Virus record (IMG/VR): IMGVR_UViG_3300033072_001201
Span: 14,663 to 78,662 of that record
From: a virus
Taxonomy: Duplodnaviria; Caudoviricetes
Reading direction: 5' to 3' (one strand)
Length of the DNA stretch: 64,000 bases
The notes under the pieces were generated by a model that saw only the letters and a list, made by a program, of their open reading frames with translations, did not search any database and was not told the DNA's origin. Of the stretch, positions 56,492 to 64,000 are shown in pieces; the first letter of the stretch is position 1; each line of letters starts with the position of its first letter. Made by a program: the position numbers and the translations under genes.

Positions 56492-56839
56492 TTATCGTGT
56501 TACTTCGGGAATTACTAGAAAATTACCCCTAATTAATGTTTTGCGATAATCACCGGAACTCAAATCAAGATCATATAGATAAGTTTTTGCTTGTAATGCC
56601 GACATTTGATCTTTATCTAATATAACATTAACCATCCCGCCACTTGTTAAATTCATTGAATTCCCTGTAGAAATTGCTTCGGCGGCGAAAGTGGGCGAAT
56701 TATATTTTTCGCGCAATTGCATATGCCCAGTCCAGTTTGTTAAATCAACTGGAATTCCATCTTGTGCCCACTGAAAAGCAAATTGGAAAGTAGAACCTTG
56801 ATCGCCGGAAAGATTATAAATAGACGCAACGTTAGACAT
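56492..56839 (-). CDS. Putative virion/baseplate-upper-like small protein
   Basis: QGSTF..VDLT.WTG.MQLR...YLYDL..L.RG.F.V.PEVT pattern. Confidence 0.65.
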   Translation of the reverse strand: MSNVASIYNLSGDQGSTFQFAFQWAQDGIPVDLTNWTGHMQLREKYNSPTFAAEAISTGNSMNLTSGGMVNVILDKDQMSALQAKTYLYDLDLSSGDYRKTLIRGNFLVIPEVTR

Positions 56840-56885
56840 AAAATAGTATAAAAAGTCTAACTATTATACACTTCGTTTCTTTGTT

Positions 56886-57383
56886 TTATTTAATTTCTTG
56901 AGCAGTATAAATTATACAAAAAACTCTACCCGTAATTTGACTAAATTTTATTTCGGGATCACATTTTTCATTATTGTCGCCTTTTGCGCGAATAATTTGA
57001 TTTTTATAATCAATAGAATAAATTCGATGAATAATTAATTCACCAAAAAGTTGACTATTTGGATTAATAACTTTATATGTAACAATATCACCAACCTTTA
57101 ATGTCTCTACAAATAATATTTTTTCAATAATTGCTAAACTGTTAGAATCTAATGTTGGAAGCATTGATTTTGTATCTGAAATTTTGATTATTTCAGTATT
57201 ATTGGTCAATAATTGAATTTGGCGTGCTAATTTAAGAGATTTTTGAACTGATAAATTAGAAGATGGGGTAAATTTTAATGTCGGAAATGAAACTGGCTCG
57301 GCGGGCTTTGGATCAGAGCAGGAAGAGAGAAATAAAAAACCCATTATTAGGAGAGGTGTTAAATAATGGGTTAATTTTGACAT
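56886..57383 (-). CDS. S26 signal-peptidase-like lipoprotein
   Basis: Lipobox LSSC; SMLPTL, GDIV, IIHR, KGDNN motifs. Confidence 0.75.
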   Translation of the reverse strand: MSKLTHYLTPLLIMGFLFLSSCSDPKPAEPVSFPTLKFTPSSNLSVQKSLKLARQIQLLTNNTEIIKISDTKSMLPTLDSNSLAIIEKILFVETLKVGDIVTYKVINPNSQLFGELIIHRIYSIDYKNQIIRAKGDNNEKCDPEIKFSQITGRVFCIIYTAQEIK

Positions 57384-57406
57384 AAATAAATATATAGTTT
57401 TATGAA

Positions 57407-58699
57407 TTAATTTATTATCTCCCATTGAAGATTATTTATTTCAAAAGCTCTCAATGGACTCAATTCGTAGAATTTATAATCTTTAATATTATATTTTGCT
57501 GCCGCATTTTTTATGCTATCAAAAATCTCTCCAGTAGAAATACATTTTATTTGTTTTAATGAGTGACTTTTCGTGTTCGGCAGTATATTTTGTGGTTTTT
57601 CATTTATTATTTCATTGGGAAAGTTAAGTTTATTTAAACCCACATTCCATTTTCGTCTATAAAAATCATGGGCACGAGCAGCCTCAATTTCTTTCTCATA
57701 TATTTCTCTAATTCTATTTTTTGCTCCACCAAGAGTCATTTCCCAAGTGTGAGAGGTTCTTTTATTTACCCCATTGTACTTTGAGCTTTTTCCTCCAACA
57801 CATTGAACTTGTTTATTGGGGTTTGAATAAATTTTATATATTTTTTTACCTTCTTTTATATAAGATTCATTATAAAGTTCGGGGAAGTTAAGGTCTTCTT
57901 TTTTATATCCAAAATATGATGCAACCTTGTCCCAAATTATTGCACCCTCTTTTTCTGTTTTGTACGCTCCCAAATATTGACTTTTTCCGCTTCCAATGCC
58001 TATTTTAACTGTAGCCCATTTATTGGTCGTTTTTACTCCGTGAAATTCAGCATCTATAATTCTTTTCTTTTTCATTTCCTTTGAAAAACTTTCCAGATCT
58101 TCTGAAAGAAATTGTTCTTTCTTTTCTGGGAAAAATAATAATGGATTATCAGAATAATAAAATAATTCTAATTTATCGTGTGCTATTTTAGCTTCTTCTT
58201 CTGTCTTGAATCTTTTTACACATATATTTTTACACATAAATTTCATTTTTAAATAAAATTTATTTCTATTTTTATCAAATCCTACTCCGGAAGGAAGATT
58301 ATTTTTATAATGACCGTTAAAACTTATTTGTTTTCTTGTTTCTTCTGAAATTATTCTTTTATGTCCAGAATCATATTCATCAGTAACCAAATTATAACCG
58401 TATTTTGGATCTAAACTGTTATAATATTTAATATAAAAATTTTCGAGACAAACCATATGATCATAACTCGTAGCTTGATCTATTTGTTTTATTTCAAAAT
58501 TCTCTATTCCATATTTTCGCATTGATTTATATAAATAAGTTTGACCAATTTTTTTATTTTGTTTTTTAGAATATTCGTCCCCGTATTTTGCATGAGCTAA
58601 ATGAATGCTCCAGCGATTTTTTATTGAAGTGGTAGTTCTGCCAATGTAGAACTTCCGCGTTTTTAAGTTCAAAATTCTATAGATTAAAAAATTTTCCAT
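57407..58699 (-). mobile_element. GIY-YIG homing endonuclease with repeated AP2-like domains
   Basis: FLIYRI..FYIG.T; repeated GV....W/Y...G....E.EA...D units; NUMOD1-like C-terminus. Confidence 0.85.
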
Positions 58700-58777
58700 A
58701 AGATTAGTGATTTTACATAGTATAATACACTAAAAATATGGGATTTATGAAGGGATATTAAGATTTTTTGATATTTT

Positions 58778-59572
58778 TTAATATTTTATCATTCCAAGCT
58801 TTTTTAGATAGAACCTAACAGCCCCAGATCGAACAATATCCTCTTGATTTTTTAGTTCAAAGGTAAAAACTCCATTTTCTTTAGATTCTAGATCATCGAA
58901 AGATTCAAAAATTTTTCTAAATCCAGCCTTGGAGCCAATATCGTTTTGATTTATACTATCGCCAACAAAGAAAATTTTTGTGTATTTTCCGCATCTTGTT
59001 AATAACAAAATAATATCATCATACGACATCGAAGATGCTTCGTCTACTATAATAGCTTTACAATTCCAAGATTTTCCCCTAATAAATCCAAGCGGGACCA
59101 TTTCTAGATGCTTGTCTTTGTTTAGGGCATCTACTTGACTTTTAGGAATTAACTCTTCGACTTTATCAAAAAAAATCGAGGCATATGGCGCAAACTTCAT
59201 TTCCAAACTTGAGGGTAAAAACCCAATTTTTCCGGTGGTAGAAGATTCGCAAGGATTTCTAATATATAAAATTTGATCAACTTTTTTATCATTTAATAAT
59301 TGTAATGACGCTAATACAGAAAGATAAGTTTTAGAACTACCATAAATTCCATCTATAAATACACAATTTGTATGTTTATCTAACATAGTTTCTAATATAA
59401 TTTTTTGTCTTTCTGTTAACTCATATCTTTGATGAATATCTAAAGAGAATCTAATTTTTTGGTTCTGATGGACATATGGCGAGGTATCGGACCCTTCCCC
59501 ATTTTTTAAATTCTTCGCAGAATTATTAATCTCTTCAATCTCTTTCTTCTTGAGTTTCTTCGCTCGGGACAT
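58778..59572 (-). CDS. phoH: PhoH-like ATPase
   Basis: GIYGSSKTY, FIRGKSW..IIVDEA, LLTRCG..GD..QND. Confidence 0.9.
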   Translation of the reverse strand: MSRAKKLKKKEIEEINNSAKNLKNGEGSDTSPYVHQNQKIRFSLDIHQRYELTERQKIILETMLDKHTNCVFIDGIYGSSKTYLSVLASLQLLNDKKVDQILYIRNPCESSTTGKIGFLPSSLEMKFAPYASIFFDKVEELIPKSQVDALNKDKHLEMVPLGFIRGKSWNCKAIIVDEASSMSYDDIILLLTRCGKYTKIFFVGDSINQNDIGSKAGFRKIFESFDDLESKENGVFTFELKNQEDIVRSGAVRFYLKKLGMIKY

Positions 59573-59737
59573 AAGTAGAATGTAATAAAAAAACCAAAAA
59601 TGACATATAGCTAATCAATGTTTTGACTAAAGATACTATATGTTTAATTATCATTTTTGGCTAATAGATAATAACCTCCCAATAATTATTTTTCAACAAA
59701 TTTTTAGTTTTAAAGATTTCTGTTGAATTTCAGCAAT

Positions 59738-59767
59738 AAAAAATCCGGCCAAAAAACTTGACCGGAT
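59738..59767 (-). terminator. Intrinsic terminator after Hsp20
   Basis: ATCCGG/CCGGAT stem with a minus-strand T-run. Confidence 0.6.
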
Positions 59768-59789
59768 GATTTATGCACTATTTTTTTGT

Positions 59790-60092
59790 TTAGGTTATCT
59801 GTACTTTTCGCCCCTTTTGTGTTTTGGATTTTTGCGCAGTAATTTGCAGAACACCATTTTTAACAGATGCTTTAACGCTCTCAATATCAACATCTTCTGG
59901 TAGAATTTTAGCGGTTTCAAACTCGCCGAATTCTTTGGAAGAACCTTTAATTATAACATAATCGGGTTCTTCAATTGATATTTCAATTTCTTCTTTCGTA
60001 AACCCCGGAATTCCAAGGGATAGAGAATAGATTCCGTCTTTTTCCGTAAAAGAAGAATAGTTACTATTTGTAGAATATGAATAATAATACAT
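59790..60092 (-). CDS. Small heat-shock protein (Hsp20)
   Basis: IPGF.KEEI.I...LPEDVD.ESVKA..KNGVLQI. Confidence 0.88.
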   Translation of the reverse strand: MYYYSYSTNSNYSSFTEKDGIYSLSLGIPGFTKEEIEISIEEPDYVIIKGSSKEFGEFETAKILPEDVDIESVKASVKNGVLQITAQKSKTQKGRKVQIT

Positions 60093-60373
60093 AATTATTT
60101 ATTGTTTTTAATTTAAGTTAATGTAACAATAATTATACACCAAGATTCTTGCCAAGATCAAATATTTTAGTAAGTCGTTAGTTTAGAGTGGGATACATAA
60201 TTCGCGAATAACGAATATCGATTTGGCGTGAGAAATTATATCTCTATGAGACTTTTTGGCCTAGAATTTTTGACCCAAAGTACATTTGATTACTTTCCCA
60301 AAAATTTTTAATAAATTAACTCTAAGCCGTGTATCATTAGCAAATAGTCAATTTCTACTTTTAATTTACTTTT

Positions 60374-62359
60374 ATGTCACGTTCTTATACGAAAAAAAAT
60401 CTTGCTTATTGGAATAGTCGAACCACGCCAGCACAAACATCCCAAATTGCAGAGGCCGCGCCAATGGCCGATTTGGAATATTCTTTTGATGATAAACCGC
60501 ATTACTCGGAGGCAAGCTGTGATAATGGTTATTCTCGTAGTTATCGGGATATAGGAACCAGTCCGGCAATTACCGACATAGAAAAGTATAAGAATATTAA
60601 AAGCCTTGATATTCCGTTTTATTTAGAGAATGGAAATTATTCAGTATCAGAAGTTTTAAATGTAATCTACCGTGCATTTTTCGGCATACAAATTATTAGA
60701 AATTATGTGCAGATGATGGTTGATTTCAGCAAATCTCCTCTTCATGTTAGATGTGAAAATAAAACAGTAGAAAATTTCTTTAAGGTTTGGTTAAATCGTA
60801 TAGATATTGACAAATTAATGGCCGAATATTTTATGGAATATTATCGGTCGGGCAACGTATTTATCTATAAATTTAACGGTAAAATTAAAGAGCGAAATTT
60901 TGAAACATTAAAAGCATCTTTTGGCGCGAAATCAGATACTCTCCCAATCCGGTATATCGTTCTAAATCCAATGCAGGTCCAACTTCAATATGGGCCGGGA
61001 TTTCGTAATAATTGGATTAAAGTTCTATCAAAATTTGAATTAGCTCGTCTAAAAGATCCACAAACCCCAGAAGATAAACAAATTTTTGATTCTTTGCCCG
61101 AGGCCAACAAGCAAATGATTAAAAATGGCGGGCAATTTAATTATATTTATATTCCACTAGATACTTCTCGTCTTTATTATGTATTTTATAAGAAACAAAA
61201 CTATGAACCGTTCGCCGTTCCACCGCTTTATGGACTACTAAATGATATTGAACATAAGCTAGAATTAAAACGCATGGATATGGCGCTTGCCCGCACTATT
61301 GAGCAAGTCATATTACTTGTTACAACTGGTGATAAGCCAGACCAATATTCCAAAGGTACTAACCCCAAAAATCTAGAACGTCTACAATCAATATTTAAAA
61401 ATCAAACTATTGGGCGCGTTCTTGTTGCTGATTATTCTACTAAGGCACAATGGGTAATACCAGACCTTAAAGAGCTTTTGGGTGGTGCAAAATATGAACG
61501 TGTAAATCAAGATATAAAAGATGGTTTACAATATATGTTTTTCGGCGGAGATAAATTTGCCAATGCTTCGATTAAACTTAAAATGTTTATTGGCGCTCTT
61601 AAAGAGGGGCGCGATTTATTCTTACGCGAATTCCTTATCCCGGAAGTTACTAAGATTGTCGAATCTATGGGATTTAAGAATATGCCAGAATTTAAGTTTG
61701 AAGAGGTTGACCTCCAAGACGAAGCTCTGATGAATAAAATTTATGTTCAAATGGCTCAGATGGGATTACTTGATCCAGACGAATTAAATAAGGCGATTGA
61801 GACTGGAATTTTACCGACGAAAGAAGAATCATTAGAAAATCAGAAAGAATATATTAAAAATCGTAAAAATGGTCTTTATACTCCGCTTCTTGGCGGAAAC
61901 GATATGAGCCAACAAGATAGTAGTAAAAAATCAGGCTCCGATCAATTTAATGGTCAGCAAGGTGGACGGCCGACTGGTTCAGGGACTCCAATATCAAACA
62001 AAAAAGTTTCGCCAATTGGTACTAAAGCGTCAGAAGATCGTGATCAAAAATTTAGCGTATCAAAAATTATTGATTACTTGAAGTCAACTGACCTTCTTAA
62101 AGAAGAAGTCTCTAAAGCTGCAAAGAAAAAATGGAAGATTAAAAAACTTAATGATGTTCAAGACATCGCAGTAGAATCAATTGCGAAATCAATAGTTTTG
62201 AATGAAGAACCCGCAAAATGGCAAGAAGTTGTTGGCGAATATCTCATTAAACCGAAAGATATAAGCAAAGAAGTTTCCGAGACTCTAGATAATATTTCTA
62301 TTGAATATGATGTTGATAATTGGGTATCTATGATTCTCTATAAATCTGAAATTAAATAA
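60374..62359 (+). CDS. Portal protein
   Basis: EYYRSGNVFIYK, Y..LNP, YEPFAVPP, F..VDLQDE; located before the prohead protease. Confidence 0.8.
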   Translation: MSRSYTKKNLAYWNSRTTPAQTSQIAEAAPMADLEYSFDDKPHYSEASCDNGYSRSYRDIGTSPAITDIEKYKNIKSLDIPFYLENGNYSVSEVLNVIYRAFFGIQIIRNYVQMMVDFSKSPLHVRCENKTVENFFKVWLNRIDIDKLMAEYFMEYYRSGNVFIYKFNGKIKERNFETLKASFGAKSDTLPIRYIVLNPMQVQLQYGPGFRNNWIKVLSKFELARLKDPQTPEDKQIFDSLPEANKQMIKNGGQFNYIYIPLDTSRLYYVFYKKQNYEPFAVPPLYGLLNDIEHKLELKRMDMALARTIEQVILLVTTGDKPDQYSKGTNPKNLERLQSIFKNQTIGRVLVADYSTKAQWVIPDLKELLGGAKYERVNQDIKDGLQYMFFGGDKFANASIKLKMFIGALKEGRDLFLREFLIPEVTKIVESMGFKNMPEFKFEEVDLQDEALMNKIYVQMAQMGLLDPDELNKAIETGILPTKEESLENQKEYIKNRKNGLYTPLLGGNDMSQQDSSKKSGSDQFNGQQGGRPTGSGTPISNKKVSPIGTKASEDRDQKFSVSKIIDYLKSTDLLKEEVSKAAKKKWKIKKLNDVQDIAVESIAKSIVLNEEPAKWQEVVGEYLIKPKDISKEVSETLDNISIEYDVDNWVSMILYKSEIK

Positions 62360-62383
62360 TATTTTAATAAAAAATCTTTTATT

Positions 62384-62393
62384 AGTGTATAAT
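62384..62393 (+). promoter_or_regulatory. Putative late promoter AGTGTATAAT
   Basis: Motif recurs 10-40 nt upstream of about 10 late/HEG genes on both strands. Confidence 0.65.
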
Positions 62394-62405
62394 CGTTAGA
62401 TTTTT

Positions 62406-64000
62406 ATGCAAGAACCTCTTTTTAAGACCAGATTTAGTGCAACCGCTCATGTTTTAAAACAACCTAGCGAAGATATTTTAAAAGAATCTAAAGCGTCGCT
62501 TTCTGATCTTAAAAAACTTCTACCAGAAGATATTCGGCCAGAAGAAGATCCGGACCTTCTTTATATTGTCGCCAATCTTGCGGTCCCCGGCATGGTTAAT
62601 TTAAATGATGATTGTTTAATGCCGGATAAGGCGGTTGCGGTATATAAAAAATTTGAAAAAAAACTTTCTGATATAGAGCATAATAGGTCGGATATTAATG
62701 GTTTTATATTAAAATCTTGTTTGACTGATGAGAACAACAATGAAATTTCAGAGGAAGAAGCATTATCGTCTAAAAAACCGTTTTATATTACTACAATTTC
62801 TGTTCTTTGGAAAATTGCTAATCGTAAACTTTGTGAATTAATAGAAGAAGCGTCTGACCCTTCTAATCCAAATTATAATAAATTCTCATTAAGTTTTGAA
62901 GTCGGATTTTCTACTTATGATATTGGAGTAACTACTCCGGACCGAAACGCCTTTTCTGCGAGGATATATAATTTAGAATCTCAAGATTGGCCAATTTTAG
63001 AAAAAACTTTGCGTGCAAATGGCGGTAATGGAATAGTAGATAAAGAGGGTGATATTGTATTTCGCGTTTTAAAAGATGGTATTATTCCACTCGGACAGGG
63101 AGTTGTTTTAGAACCCGCCGCTCAAGTCAAAGGAATAGAAGTAATTAAATCGTCAGAAGAAGTTAATGAGCCGGAGAACGATAAAAAAGAAAAACCGGAA
63201 GAAGATGATAAAGAAGAAAAAGAACCAGAAGAACGGGAAATTGAATTAACTCCAGAGCAATTAATTCAAATAATTAAAGATACTGTTCAATTTATTTTAT
63301 CAGAAAGTAAAAAAAATAATAAACTAATAAAAAATAGTGTATTAAACTCTATAAGTAATAATCATATGAAGAACTTACAAGAATTAGAAGCCTCTTGGGA
63401 TGAAGTTAAAACTCAAGACTCAAAAGAGGTGTTTGCCAACGTTCGACAAATTTTAACTGACGAAATCACCAAAGCCAGTGAGGAATTTGCCAAGAAACAA
63501 GAAGAGGAAAAAACTCGCGCCGAATCTCTTGCGAAAGAAAAAGAAGCGGCCGAACTCGCTCAAGTAGAACTTAAAAAACAGCTTGATACTATTCAGGCCG
63601 AGTTAAAAGCGATGAAAGACGCTGAAGTTCTCGCCCGCAAAGAGCAGTCTTATCAAGATCATATGGGTTTGATTGATCAAACTTTTGATCTAGAAGATGA
63701 TGAATTAGCTCTAATTACCGCCGAAGTTCGTGATTTAGACGACGAATCTTTCGCAAAATGGTTTGATAAGTCTAAAAAACTTATGAAAGAAAAAACTAAA
63801 GCCTTCAAAGCAGAGAAGAAAGAAAAAATGGAAAAGAAGCTCTGTGACGCTGGCGTTAAAGTTACTCTTGATGATAAAACTTTAGATTTTGTTGAAATTC
63901 TCGCTTCTGCTAGACAAGTAGAGCCGGCAATTTCAAATGTCGTCGAGACTTCTAAGAAAGAATCAATTTTCGACCAAGTTAAGAAAGCTTTTGGTCAAGA
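62406..64000 (+). CDS. Prohead protease fused to coiled-coil scaffold, 3' truncated by window (not in ORF track)
   Basis: Open frame from ATG 62406: VNLNDD, DIEHN (His), LSFE (Ser), PLGQG.V..PAA.V, acidic linker, coiled coil. Confidence 0.8.
   Translation, partial: MQEPLFKTRFSATAHVLKQPSEDILKESKASLSDLKKLLPEDIRPEEDPDLLYIVANLAVPGMVNLNDDCLMPDKAVAVYKKFEKKLSDIEHNRSDINGFILKSCLTDENNNEISEEEALSSKKPFYITTISVLWKIANRKLCELIEEASDPSNPNYNKFSLSFEVGFSTYDIGVTTPDRNAFSARIYNLESQDWPILEKTLRANGGNGIVDKEGDIVFRVLKDGIIPLGQGVVLEPAAQVKGIEVIKSSEEVNEPENDKKEKPEEDDKEEKEPEEREIELTPEQLIQIIKDTVQFILSESKKNNKLIKNSVLNSISNNHMKNLQELEASWDEVKTQDSKEVFANVRQILTDEITKASEEFAKKQEEEKTRAESLAKEKEAAELAQVELKKQLDTIQAELKAMKDAEVLARKEQSYQDHMGLIDQTFDLEDDELALITAEVRDLDDESFAKWFDKSKKLMKEKTKAFKAEKKEKMEKKLCDAGVKVTLDDKTLDFVEILASARQVEPAISNVVETSKKESIFDQVKKAFGQ
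63336..63345 (+). promoter_or_regulatory. Internal putative late promoter AGTGTATTAA
   Basis: 20 nt upstream of in-frame ATG 63366. Confidence 0.55.

Noticed and set aside
1-64000. CRISPR array or cas genes
   Set aside because: No repeated 25-40 nt identical units with unique spacers and no cas motifs seen.
1-64000. Alternative genetic code (TAG/TGA recoding)
   Set aside because: Long genes are uninterrupted in code 11, TAG and TGA end genes at sensible places, and no suppressor anticodon was found.

Overview
AT-rich (about 25-30% GC by spot count) segment of a large tailed dsDNA phage genome (Caudoviricetes), standard genetic code. 1-40.7 kb is a plus-strand early/accessory region of many short ORFs fed by repeated sigma70-type promoters. 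It includes an RNA ligase end, a metallophosphoesterase, rIIA/rIIB, a retron-type reverse transcriptase behind about 740 nt of structured non-coding DNA, a SpoU/TrmH methyltransferase, an SLT lysozyme-like protein, a deaminase, a PRTase and a DUF3150/AAA/VWA module. A tRNA/ncRNA cluster at 23.7-26.9 kb holds two group I intron-split tRNAs (Ile-UAU, Leu-UAA) and several tRNA-framed RNAs with large inserts. A mostly non-coding zone at 36.4-41.8 kb contains a GC-rich, host-like HTH gene. 41.8-60.1 kb is a minus-strand late region (terminase large subunit, ERCC4-type nuclease, sigma factor, putative spanin, tail fibre/virion genes with a GC-rich insert, PhoH, Hsp20). From 60.4 kb the plus strand carries the portal and a prohead protease/scaffold gene running off the window. 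Four free-standing homing endonucleases of four families are present. The best candidates for novel biology are the phage-borne retron-like RT with its multi-hairpin, loosely periodic leader, and the tRNA-derived RNA cluster. All functional calls rest on motifs read by eye; no database search was run.
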